Assembly (NCBI GenBank): GCA_016649875.1
Contig: JAENWW010000003.1
Location: 26,415 to 90,414 of the forward strand
Direction: 5' to 3'
DNA length: 64,000 nt
Source of the DNA: Coriobacteriia bacterium
Lineage (GTDB): Bacteria; Actinomycetota; Coriobacteriia; WRKU01; JAENWW01
Shown here piece after piece: positions 27,701 to 36,946 of this stretch (positions are counted from its first letter, which is position 1; the number at the start of each line of letters is the position of its first letter). Made by a program: the position numbers and the translations under genes. The notes beneath the pieces were generated by a model that was not told the DNA's origin, ran no database searches, and saw only the letters and a list, made by a program, of their open reading frames with translations.

Positions 27701-30127
27701 ATGAGCGATTCCAAGATTTTAAACTCGGTCGAGATATCGCATAACCTCGCCGCACTCGCCCTCTATCTGCAACGCGCGGGCGCTCCTCGTGTTCTACTGG
27801 TTGCGCGCGGGGAGGAAGCCGAGCGTGGCATTCTCGCGTGCAAGAGTGTCGGTCTCGATGTCGGGGTGGTGTTCACCCGGGACATGGCAGACGAGGCATA
27901 TCTGGGCTATGCCGATCATGCGATATGTATCGGTGAGGTGTTTTCCGAAAATCTCTTCAATAACAGCTATGCCGTGCTTCAGGCTGCCGAAGAATGCGAT
28001 GCGCTCGCGATTCTCTTGGTTGAGTCGACGCTTTCGCATGTCGACAGCTTCTTCGGCATCGCCGCCGCAAAAGGAATGAAGGTATACAGAGCATTCTCCT
28101 CCGCTGTTCTCGATAGCGGGTGGATAGAATGTTCGGCCAGACGGGTCGCGTCGGAGGCTTTTTGGAAAAAATGCCCTCATTGCAATCTGTCTTTCAGCAC
28201 GGTGAGCCTTGCGGCCAATCATTTCGTCTGTCCGGCATGCGGCGGCTATTATCGTATGTCATCCGTGGAGCGAGTCAGGGATTTGTTCGATGCCGACAGT
28301 GCCGTCGAATGGTTTCGCCATCTCCCTCAACTCGATCCGCTTAAGTTTCCGCACTATCCGGAGAAACTCGCAACTGCTCAAGAGAAGACGGGCCTCGATG
28401 AGGGAGTCAGATGCGGGGCAATCAGTATCGCCGGCATACGCTGTGCCGGCTGTGTCATGGATTCTCAGTTCTTCTTAGGTTCGATGGGCGCCGTGGTGGG
28501 AGAAAAGATCACCCGGACCATCGAGAGGGCGACCGATGAAGGTCTGCCCCTTGTCATATTCACCGCTTCCGGCGGCGCACGAATGCAAGAAGGCCTCATT
28601 TCCCTCATGCAAATGGCTAAGATCTCCGCGGCGCTGTCGCGTCACAGCGCTTTCGGTCTGCCCTATATTTCGGTGTTGACCGATCCGACGACCGGAGGAG
28701 TCACCGCATCTTTCGCGATGCAGGGAGACATCGTTCTCGCAGAGCCGCATGCGCTCATCGGGTTTGCCGGGAGGCGCGTGATCCAAGGGACCATCAAGCA
28801 AAGTCTGCCGGAAGGATTTCAGACCGCGGAGTTCGCCCTCGAACACGGGCTCATCGACGTAATCGTACCGCGGAAGAACATGTGTGAAACACTTGCCTAT
28901 ATTCTCGCAATCCATGAAGCGAGCTCCTCGCGATGCACGATGGAAAACGGGGAGGCTATAAGTTATGCGGCCATATCCGAGAATTTAGCGAGTGATTCGG
29001 AGACATATAACGCTTTGCAGTACGGCATAATGCCACAACTTAAAAGGGCCTTGACGACGGTATCGAATCGCTTGAAACAGGTGATGCCCAAGCCGACGGT
29101 CGCATCGGGACATACGTTGTCCCACCAAGTGCGCAAACAGTTGGCTTCGGAGAGACGATTGGAGAAACTTTTGTACGGTCGTCTCGATGCCGAAGAAGGG
29201 GTTTCGTTTGAAAAGGCCATGGAAGCCGCTTCGTTCGAAAAGGCGGCTGATGCCGCGTTCGAACGTTCGACGAGCAGGGGCGCATTGAAAAAAGAAGGGG
29301 TTACCGCCGCGCGCATCGATGCGGCGGTGGCCGTCGAGTCTGCGCCGAACCCCGCATGGGAGAGCGTACAACTTGCACGCAATACTCATCGCCCGACGGC
29401 ACGTTATTACATCGATGAGATCGTCGACGGGTTCATCGAACTGCACGGAGATCGCGCATTCGGAGACGACGGCGCTCTCGTGTGCGGTTTGGGATGGATC
29501 GGGGATCAACCGGTGACGATAATCGCACAAGAAAAAGGTGCGAATCTCAACGAAAGATTGGCGCGTAATTTCGGTTCGGCAATGCCCGAAGGATACCGGA
29601 AAAGCCTCCGCCTGATGAAGCAAGCTGAAAAGTTCGAGCGTCCCGTGATATGTTTCGTCGATACTCAGGGCGCATTTTGCGGAGTGGAAGCCGAAGAACG
29701 CGGACAAGGCAACGCCATCGCGGATAATCTCATTGCTCTGTCCGGATTGCGAGTACCGGTGATAAGCGTACTCATCGGCGAAGGAGGTAGCGGAGGTGCG
29801 CTCGCCTTGGCCGTGTCCGACCGCGTCGCCATGCAGAAAAACGCGGTGTATTCGATTCTCTCGCCGGAAGGTTTCGCCTCCATTTTATGGAAAGATCGTG
29901 CGCGTGCGCCCGAGGCGGCTGCCGTTATGAAGATGCGTGCCGATGACGCCTATGAGATGGGAATTGTGGATACGGTAATCTCGGAAGGGGAGAAACCGGC
30001 GCATGAGAATCCCAAAGCCGCCGCGGCATTCCTGCACAGTTATCTCACGCGCACTCTCGAGGAACTTACCGTTCTCAGCACGGCTCAATTGCTCGAAGAG
30101 AGATACGAGCGATTCAGAAAGTTTTAG
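27701..30127 (+). CDS. accD: Fused acetyl-CoA carboxylase carboxyltransferase beta+alpha (AccD-AccA) with an N-terminal biotin-carboxylase-N-like segment
   Basis: Zn finger CPHC..CPAC, GSMGAVVGEK, SGGARMQEG, PTTGGVTASFA; then ELHGDR, PEGYRK, DTQGA, GEGGSGGALA, ILSPEGFASILWKD. Confidence 0.9.
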   Translation: MSDSKILNSVEISHNLAALALYLQRAGAPRVLLVARGEEAERGILACKSVGLDVGVVFTRDMADEAYLGYADHAICIGEVFSENLFNNSYAVLQAAEECDALAILLVESTLSHVDSFFGIAAAKGMKVYRAFSSAVLDSGWIECSARRVASEAFWKKCPHCNLSFSTVSLAANHFVCPACGGYYRMSSVERVRDLFDADSAVEWFRHLPQLDPLKFPHYPEKLATAQEKTGLDEGVRCGAISIAGIRCAGCVMDSQFFLGSMGAVVGEKITRTIERATDEGLPLVIFTASGGARMQEGLISLMQMAKISAALSRHSAFGLPYISVLTDPTTGGVTASFAMQGDIVLAEPHALIGFAGRRVIQGTIKQSLPEGFQTAEFALEHGLIDVIVPRKNMCETLAYILAIHEASSSRCTMENGEAISYAAISENLASDSETYNALQYGIMPQLKRALTTVSNRLKQVMPKPTVASGHTLSHQVRKQLASERRLEKLLYGRLDAEEGVSFEKAMEAASFEKAADAAFERSTSRGALKKEGVTAARIDAAVAVESAPNPAWESVQLARNTHRPTARYYIDEIVDGFIELHGDRAFGDDGALVCGLGWIGDQPVTIIAQEKGANLNERLARNFGSAMPEGYRKSLRLMKQAEKFERPVICFVDTQGAFCGVEAEERGQGNAIADNLIALSGLRVPVISVLIGEGGSGGALALAVSDRVAMQKNAVYSILSPEGFASILWKDRARAPEAAAVMKMRADDAYEMGIVDTVISEGEKPAHENPKAAAAFLHSYLTRTLEELTVLSTAQLLEERYERFRKF

Positions 30128-30717
30128 ACTATCTCACTGGGCGAGACCACGATGTCCATTGCGACGTCATGGTCTTCGCAGGGAAGCTCATCATAAAGCA
30201 AATCGTCGAAAATAACGCCGATAGCCGTGGCGGTGCCCCCCTTGGCGGGCAGCATACGATCGAAAAAACCTCTTCCGTAGCCTATGCGTTTGCGCCGACG
30301 ATCGAACGCGACGCCGGGAATGATGACCACGTCCGCTTCGCTGAAGGCGACGATGGGCCATTCTTCCTCCGGTTCGAGAATTCCGCCGTAGCCTTCGATG
30401 AAACTCTTGCCGGCATGATTCCCGCAAAAGAGCGAAGGGTCGCATAGGTGCATGGTAAGAGTGTCGGTCCCCGATACCCGCGGCATTAAAATGCGCTCGA
30501 GCGAAGTGTCGGGCGCAGTAAGCAAATCGCATAATGTCGGCAAGATATTGATTTCACCGCCGAAAGGAACATAAGCCGAAATGGTACGGGCGGAGCGCAG
30601 GACGGGGAGCGAGAGGAGTTGCAAAGAAAGTTGCTTTGCGGCTCGAGTTCTGGCATCGCCGTCGTAAGAACGCCGACGGGCAAGTGCATCTTTACGTAGC
30701 TCAGACTTTGTTAGCAT
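30124..30717 (-). CDS. 5-formyltetrahydrofolate cyclo-ligase
   Basis: KSELRK, GILEP, IPGVAFDRRRKRIGYGRGFFDR, LPCEDHD; start inferred at ATG 30717. Confidence 0.92.
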   Translation of the reverse strand: MLTKSELRKDALARRRSYDGDARTRAAKQLSLQLLSLPVLRSARTISAYVPFGGEINILPTLCDLLTAPDTSLERILMPRVSGTDTLTMHLCDPSLFCGNHAGKSFIEGYGGILEPEEEWPIVAFSEADVVIIPGVAFDRRRKRIGYGRGFFDRMLPAKGGTATAIGVIFDDLLYDELPCEDHDVAMDIVVSPSEIV

Positions 30718-30790
30718 TGTTTTCACCTTATCGGTCCCGGCTGTTATTGTCTCAGCACGATAACTTTTCAGATTCCGAGCGCTTCCGAAT

Positions 30791-32152
30791 TCATCCCCTG
30801 ATGACTCCCAATTTTTGGAGGAGTGTTCCCACGAGTAATACCGCAGCAAGTCCGATGATTATGACGGTTGTCGCCCACGCGAGCGCGTTGGTCGTTTTGC
30901 CATTCGTGTACTTCCCCATAATACGCTTATCGTTGACGATTTTGATTTGAAAAATCATCAGAATCGGCAACAAAATGCCGTTGACTGCTTGCGACATCAC
31001 CATGATGGTAATCAGGGGAGCGTTCGGAATCAGTATGATGACCGCGCCGACGGCGAGTTCGGATGTGAATATTAAATTGAATGCCGGTGCTTCGGAAAAG
31101 GAACGGTCGATTCCGCGCTCCCATCCGAATGCTTCGGTCACCGCGTATGCCGCCGTCAAAGGCAAAATACATGCCGCGAGAAGTGAAGCCCCGGCCAATC
31201 CGACCGCGAACAGGATGGTTGCGTATTTGCCGGCCACCGGCGCGAGTGCGAGCGCGGCTGCTTTTGCCGAGCTGACGACGATTCCGTTCTTATAAAGCGT
31301 GGCTCCCGTGGCGACGATGATGAACCATGCGACGATGTTCGCGCTTATAGCTCCAGTGATGACATCGACTTTTTGGTAGAGAAGATCTTTTACCGTCACG
31401 CCTTTGTCGACTATATTCGATTGCACGAAGAATTGCATCCAAGGCGCAATCGTGGTACCGACAGTCGCCACTACGAGTAACACGAAGTTTATTTTCGGGA
31501 CGAATTGTGGGACGAATGTTCCATGAAAAACGTCGACCCAATTAGGCTTTGCCAAGAAAGCGGCTATGATATACGTGATGAAGATGCTCGATAGTGCGAG
31601 GAAAACCTTCTCGGCATATTTGAACGAACTTCTGGTCACCAGTAGCCAAACCGTCAGGGCTGCGATGGGGACCGATATAAAGCGGCTGACACCGAAAAGC
31701 TCGAAGGCCGCAGCAACGCCGGCGAATTCGGCGACAGACGTCGCGGCGTTACTTATGAGTAGCGTCGTCATGGCGAACATGGTGGCTTTGACGCCGAATT
31801 TTTCTCGGATGAGCGCCGCGAACCCTTTTCCGCTTACCGTGCCCATGCGGGCGGCCATTTCTTGAACGACCACCAAGGAGAACGTCATGATGAATATCAT
31901 CCACAACGTCTTATAGCCGAATTGCGCGCCGTCGACCGAGTAGGTCGAAATGCCTCCGGCGTCGTTGCCCGCGCTGGCTGCGATGATGCCCGGTCCCATT
32001 GCGGCGAAAATGAAGCCGATTCGGCGCGTCCATGGGATACGGGCTGACTTTATCGCTTGCAGCGTGGACTGTGGTTCCGACTGTTCCGACAAGGATTGCG
32101 TCTGTGAAGGCTTCGGCTCCTCTGCTTGTCGTGTGGTGTCTTCGTGAGCCAT
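30791..32152 (-). CDS. NRAMP-family divalent cation transporter, NRMT-like (Mg2+) subtype
   Basis: MGPGII...NDAGGISTY (DAGG instead of DPGN), QEMAARMG, GTTIAPW (no MPH). Confidence 0.88.
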   Translation of the reverse strand: MAHEDTTRQAEEPKPSQTQSLSEQSEPQSTLQAIKSARIPWTRRIGFIFAAMGPGIIAASAGNDAGGISTYSVDGAQFGYKTLWMIFIMTFSLVVVQEMAARMGTVSGKGFAALIREKFGVKATMFAMTTLLISNAATSVAEFAGVAAAFELFGVSRFISVPIAALTVWLLVTRSSFKYAEKVFLALSSIFITYIIAAFLAKPNWVDVFHGTFVPQFVPKINFVLLVVATVGTTIAPWMQFFVQSNIVDKGVTVKDLLYQKVDVITGAISANIVAWFIIVATGATLYKNGIVVSSAKAAALALAPVAGKYATILFAVGLAGASLLAACILPLTAAYAVTEAFGWERGIDRSFSEAPAFNLIFTSELAVGAVIILIPNAPLITIMVMSQAVNGILLPILMIFQIKIVNDKRIMGKYTNGKTTNALAWATTVIIIGLAAVLLVGTLLQKLGVIRG

Positions 32153-32155
32153 GGG

Positions 32156-34051
32156 CTATCCAAGCAGTGCTGTTGCAAACGAAGGAACGAAATATACCAA
32201 AGCGATTCCGCTGAGAAGGACGAGCGCGGCGCATACGATCATGGCGATGGCTGAAATGCCGGTGGGCGATACAGGCTTTTCTTCATCGTCGCGCAATACG
32301 GCTCGATTGACGAGTGCGGTGACGAGTTGAGAACATACGAGGGCGATTATGAAGACGCATGCGCCATACGCAAGCGCCAAATCAGTGGCAGAGGTTCGCA
32401 AATCGGCGAAGCCGAATGTGATGATTCCGGCGAAGCATCCGCCGGCCGCTCCGACGCCGAGTCCGAAAAGGTATCGCCTGGATGTGGACGGTCGATCTTC
32501 GGCCTTCATATCGGTGAGGACGTCGACTCCGCGAATGGACGCCTCCTCTATGATAATAAGCAAAATCGGCAGGAGGGACACTCCGATGAGTGCCAGTGAG
32601 AGGCTCACGGCAAGGGTCGCGTAAGGGTTTTGCGCCGACAAGATTGTATCGCCCATGCCGAAGGGATGACCGCTTACCAAAGATAATCCGAGGGAACAGG
32701 CGAAAAGTGAGAAGAGCCAAACGATGAGCCATCCGTTTCGACGAGGCATGATCCAAGCAAGAGGATTGTCGTCTTTTTTGTGCTCGCTGCGACCCGTCGC
32801 ACGGACCAAGTCCTCTTCGGCTTCTTCCTCCAAGACGTCGAGCGCATCGTCGATGGTGACGATACCGAGCAGTTCGTGCTTCGAGTTAACGACGGGGACG
32901 GCGAGCAAATCGTATTTCGAAATGGTCTCCGCGACATCTTCTTGGTCATCGTCGGGGTTGGCGACAAAGATATCGCGTTCCATAATGTCGCCGAGTTTGT
33001 CATCGAGCGGTGCGAGCAAAAGTTCACGCAACGATACGACACCGAGCAAGACATTCTTCTCATCGACGACGTAGACGTAATGGATGGATTCGTGCTCTTC
33101 GGCGACGCTGCGGATATGCTCTATGGTTTCATCGACGGTCATCGCTTCTGTCGCGGTTGTGAACTCCGGGGTCATGATGCCGCCCGCTGTTTTCTCACGA
33201 TACCCGAGAAGTTTTCTGATGGCGCTCGAGTCTTCCAACCCCATCAAACGAAGCAGACGCTCGGATTTGTCGTAATCGAGATCTCCGATGACATCGGCGG
33301 CGTCGTCGGGATCCATCTCTGCGAGCAAATCGGAAGCCCGTCGCTCGGAGAGGTCTTCGATGACATCGGTCTGGTATTCATCTTCGAGTTCGGAAATAGT
33401 TTCTGCGGCCTGCGAATTGTCGAGATGCGCGAACACGGCTGCGCGCTGGTTCGGGGCAAGTTGCTCCAAAATGTCGGCGACATCGGCCGGGTGCAATTCA
33501 TGGAGCCGTTTGTGTGTGATGGACAACTTCACTTGGCTCAAGTCATGTTCGAGCAAATCCATGTAGTTCCAGGCGATTAAATTTTCCGAAATGGTTTGTC
33601 CGAATAATCCCAGTCCGCGCGCGATGGTTTTCTCGAAGCGAGGTGAAATCGCGCGGAGCAGTCCGCGCATACCGACTTCGGCGCCGAGTAGGCGCAACGA
33701 GTTATTAGAATCGGAAAGCTTGAGGTCGTTGACGCGAACGACTTTCATACCCTGTGTGTCGACGATTTGTTTGTTGAGCAAATCGCGGGAAAGTAATATC
33801 TCATCGGGTTGCAGATAACTGAACCGTATCGAGGCGGCCGATGTGTTGAGATATACGGCATCAGCCGTGAACTCTTTCACATACTTGCGCCACGACAGCA
33901 TGAAGGGCGTTTTATCGGGCCCTTTGAATGCAAGCGCAGTTACGCGAGGAAATACCTCGCCGGTTGCGATGGCAATGTCGCTGATTATTCCGATTTGCTC
34001 GTCATCGTCGTCAATGACGGGTTTCCCGAGCATCTGGGAAAGATAAATCAC
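32156..34051 (-). CDS. mgtE: MgtE-like protein (PRC barrels, MgtE_N, CBS pair, divergent TM region)
   Basis: LHPADVADILE, MDPDDAAD, TAGGIMT, KYDLLAVPVV, GIVTIDD; hydrophobic C-terminus. Confidence 0.8.
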   Translation of the reverse strand: MIYLSQMLGKPVIDDDDEQIGIISDIAIATGEVFPRVTALAFKGPDKTPFMLSWRKYVKEFTADAVYLNTSAASIRFSYLQPDEILLSRDLLNKQIVDTQGMKVVRVNDLKLSDSNNSLRLLGAEVGMRGLLRAISPRFEKTIARGLGLFGQTISENLIAWNYMDLLEHDLSQVKLSITHKRLHELHPADVADILEQLAPNQRAAVFAHLDNSQAAETISELEDEYQTDVIEDLSERRASDLLAEMDPDDAADVIGDLDYDKSERLLRLMGLEDSSAIRKLLGYREKTAGGIMTPEFTTATEAMTVDETIEHIRSVAEEHESIHYVYVVDEKNVLLGVVSLRELLLAPLDDKLGDIMERDIFVANPDDDQEDVAETISKYDLLAVPVVNSKHELLGIVTIDDALDVLEEEAEEDLVRATGRSEHKKDDNPLAWIMPRRNGWLIVWLFSLFACSLGLSLVSGHPFGMGDTILSAQNPYATLAVSLSLALIGVSLLPILLIIIEEASIRGVDVLTDMKAEDRPSTSRRYLFGLGVGAAGGCFAGIITFGFADLRTSATDLALAYGACVFIIALVCSQLVTALVNRAVLRDDEEKPVSPTGISAIAMIVCAALVLLSGIALVYFVPSFATALLG

Positions 34052-34220
34052 GGTGCTCCTCCGTTATGCTGGGCCTCGATGCGCACCGCATGCATAGCAG
34101 AAAAACCGTGCTAGACAAACAGAATGCTTATCGAGGCTGGGTACTGTGAGGTTTCACAGAAGTCCTTGTCTCTCGATGAATAGGTGGGGTCTTTATGCGA
34201 ACATGCGATAAAGACACCTT
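34052..34220 (-). promoter_or_regulatory. Structured 5' leader, candidate cis-regulatory RNA of the mgtE-NRAMP operon
   Basis: -10 TATACT at 34231-34226; several stems and mutually exclusive pairings reaching the RBS/start (see findings). Confidence 0.5.
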
Positions 34221-34348
34221 TGTTGAGTATACACGCTAGCTAGGCACGTTTCGTTGTTAGTGGGATAATAACTGTCTGTGTCTAACCAAGTACGGCTTCC
34301 GACGAGCCTGCTCGAGCCTGCCTTCTACCGATTTTGGATACTTATTGC

Positions 34349-35056
34349 ATGGAAAAAATCAGTGTGGTCATCGCGGCGAGAAATGAAGAAACCCGGATCG
34401 GTGATGTCCTTGCCGTTCTCATCGAGCACCCGCTCGTCGATGATGTGGTGGTCATGTGCGACAATTGCTCCGATGGCACGGCGGAGGTGGCGCGCGGGTT
34501 CGGAGTCCATGTCATCGAGGGGCGGGAGAGACTCGGTAAGACGATGGCCGTGAAAAAGGGGTTGGAGTATGCCAAAAACGACATCCTTGTCCTTCTCGAC
34601 GCCGATCTCAACGGGCTGACCCTCCAAGATATCACGCGGCTCGTCAAGCCGGTGATTGACGGGCAGGTCGATTTCACCCTCAGCATGAGAGGGAACTCGT
34701 CGCATATCTACAAGCTCTTTGGCATAGATTTCGTCAGTGGGGAGCGGGCCATCTCGAAGCGACTTTTGCTCGACCCCCATATCTGGAGCAAGCCGTTACT
34801 CGGTTACGGTCTCGAGGTGCTCATGAACGACTCTTTAGTCAAGGCGCAAAAGACATTCCGCAGCATTCCCATGCCGGGTCTTCATGCCACGACGAAAAAG
34901 GAAAAAAAGAATTATATTATAGGAACCCTGGAAGACTTTTTCATGACGTTCAATATATTCAGGGCGCTTCCCGTTCATAAGGTTGTCTGGCAATTCTTGA
35001 AAATGTCTTATCTGAACAGGAAGTACCGAAAAAATCGGTTGCAGCATTCGGAGTAG
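34349..35056 (+). CDS. GT2 family glycosyltransferase
   Basis: ISVVIAARNEE, DNCSDGT, GKTMAV, LLDADL, SGERA, YGLE. Confidence 0.9.
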   Translation: MEKISVVIAARNEETRIGDVLAVLIEHPLVDDVVVMCDNCSDGTAEVARGFGVHVIEGRERLGKTMAVKKGLEYAKNDILVLLDADLNGLTLQDITRLVKPVIDGQVDFTLSMRGNSSHIYKLFGIDFVSGERAISKRLLLDPHIWSKPLLGYGLEVLMNDSLVKAQKTFRSIPMPGLHATTKKEKKNYIIGTLEDFFMTFNIFRALPVHKVVWQFLKMSYLNRKYRKNRLQHSE

Positions 35057-35061
35057 ATGTC

Positions 35062-36078
35062 ATGACCAATCGACGAACAAAAAGCATTTTGGTCATCATC
35101 GCGGCAGTCTTCGCGATTTATATCGGCACGCACCTCAAAGAACTTGAAAGAGTGATCGATACATTCGCCGCAGGGAATTGGCGATGGTTGCTCGTCGCCG
35201 CCTTGGCCCAGGTGGCCTATTTCGCGATGTATTCGAAAATGGTGCAATGGGCGTTTCGATCTGTAGAAATAAAGCGGGGCATCAAGGAGTTGCTGCCTCT
35301 TATACTCGGAGCGCTTTTCATGAACGTTCTGGCGCCGACGGGCGGCAATTCGGGGACGGTTCTTTTCGCGGATGATGCAGCGAGGCGTGAGGAGTCGTCG
35401 AGCAAGGCCGTGGTCGGCTATATGGCGAGCACGATCGTCAGCTATACGGCGTTTTCTTTCGTCTTGATCTTCGCGGTGGTCTACCTCAGGGTGGTCGGAT
35501 CGCTTGACGTCTACGAGATTTCGGGCGCATTGCTGTTCATCTTGCCGACGGTGCTCCCTCCGGTGCTCCTGATTCTCAGCGTGAAAAATCCCGACTTGAC
35601 GGTCAGGATACTCGGGCTGGTCTATCGAATCGTCATCAAGGTTCAGAAAACATTCAAGATGCGGAGTCGCCTTCAGGACGATTGGTCGCAAAGCATCAGT
35701 GAAGAGTTGATAGAGTCCGCCGAGTCGATCGCCTCCCACTATGGCGAACTCGTCAAAGCGGTGGCGCTTGCCCTGGCGGCTCACGTCGTCAGCATCCTCT
35801 CGCTGATCGCGGTCTTCTTAAGTTTCAACATCCATCTTCGTTATGGTGCCATTATCGCCGGCTACGCCTTTGCCGAAGTCGCCCGCGTCATCTCGCCACA
35901 GCCGGAGGGGGTTGGAGCGGTGGAGGCGATCATGCTGCTCATCTTCACTTCATTCGGGGTTGCGCCTATCAGCGCGACGGCGATATCCATGGCCTTCCGT
36001 GGTTTGAATTTCTGGTTCCCCCTTTTGGCGGGGTTCTTTTTCTTGCGGAAACTCGAGTCCTTTAAAAGCTCCCCCTAA
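35062..36078 (+). CDS. Lysylphosphatidylglycerol-synthase TM / flippase-like (UPF0104) membrane protein
   Basis: Multi-TM; FMNVLAPTGG, PEGVGAVE, FRGLNFWFP. Confidence 0.85.
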   Translation: MTNRRTKSILVIIAAVFAIYIGTHLKELERVIDTFAAGNWRWLLVAALAQVAYFAMYSKMVQWAFRSVEIKRGIKELLPLILGALFMNVLAPTGGNSGTVLFADDAARREESSSKAVVGYMASTIVSYTAFSFVLIFAVVYLRVVGSLDVYEISGALLFILPTVLPPVLLILSVKNPDLTVRILGLVYRIVIKVQKTFKMRSRLQDDWSQSISEELIESAESIASHYGELVKAVALALAAHVVSILSLIAVFLSFNIHLRYGAIIAGYAFAEVARVISPQPEGVGAVEAIMLLIFTSFGVAPISATAISMAFRGLNFWFPLLAGFFFLRKLESFKSSP

Positions 36079-36946
36079 GAAGGATTTCCGAGATGACGTT
36101 CGACCAGCCGTCTCCTGCGATTCCGTGGACTATTGCAGCGTTGGGGATGGTGTCGATGCGTTTATCGAGTCCGGGGGAGAGGAGCGCATTTTCGACGAGG
36201 AAACTCGCTCCGACGACTTCTGCGCATAACATGTCGCTCGGTCCGTCTCCGATCATTATGGCTTTTTGCGGATCGATTTTCCTTCGCTCGAGATCGAGCG
36301 CGATTGCACGGCGCTTGGATACACCTGCCGGAGTGAGGTGATAGGCGCGAATCGGCTCGTCGCTCTGTTTGAGGGTATGCATCTTTGGATGGATGACCCC
36401 GTTATCGATAAACGACAGGGGTAGCGCAATCGTTTCGAGCACCTCGAGTGCTTTTTGGCGGTTGACAAAGCCACGGAGCACGTCTGTCGTCTCCCGGTTT
36501 TCATGCCAGGGCGCATGGTGCTCGATTTGACCGGGAAAAGTTTCTTCCAGGAGTTCGAGGGCACCGGATTCACGAATGATATCGAGGGGAGTTTGGCCGT
36601 GCTTGAGTTTGAATTTCCACTCGGGGATATCGTAGATGATCTCGCGTTCGCGGCCGTCATAGTAGGTGCGAATCGCGCCCGCCTCCGCGATGAAGTCGGT
36701 CCAGCCGCACATGCGCACGATTTCGGTCAGCTGGATGCGGGAGCGTCCCGAAACCGGAATGATGGGGAGGCCGGCTTTATTGGCTGCAACTATGGTCTCT
36801 GCCGTGCGAGTCGAAGGCATGCCTTGCCCGTCGATGAGCAACGTGCCGCCTTTCCCCAAAAGGGTTCCGTCCAAATCGGTGTAGACGATCCGGACATCTT
36901 CGAGCGATGCGGTCAGTTCGGGTGCATCTTTGAGGTAGCGTGTCAT
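36062..36946 (-). CDS. HAD-superfamily hydrolase (subfamily IIB-like)
   Basis: YTDLDGTLLG, VSGR, IAEAG, GVSK, IGDGPSD. Confidence 0.88.
   Translation of the reverse strand: MTRYLKDAPELTASLEDVRIVYTDLDGTLLGKGGTLLIDGQGMPSTRTAETIVAANKAGLPIIPVSGRSRIQLTEIVRMCGWTDFIAEAGAIRTYYDGREREIIYDIPEWKFKLKHGQTPLDIIRESGALELLEETFPGQIEHHAPWHENRETTDVLRGFVNRQKALEVLETIALPLSFIDNGVIHPKMHTLKQSDEPIRAYHLTPAGVSKRRAIALDLERRKIDPQKAIMIGDGPSDMLCAEVVGASFLVENALLSPGLDKRIDTIPNAAIVHGIAGDGWSNVISEILLRGSF

Noticed and set aside
30718..30790. 6S RNA upstream of the 5-formyl-THF cyclo-ligase
   Set aside because: The gap is only about 73 nt, too short for 6S RNA.
34130..34180. SAM-I or M-box identity for the mgtE leader
   Set aside because: ATCGAGAG...GGACT...TGAAACC resembles SAM-I superficially, but GCAACC and GTGC.AA are missing; the M-box GTTAGGTGAGGCT is absent.
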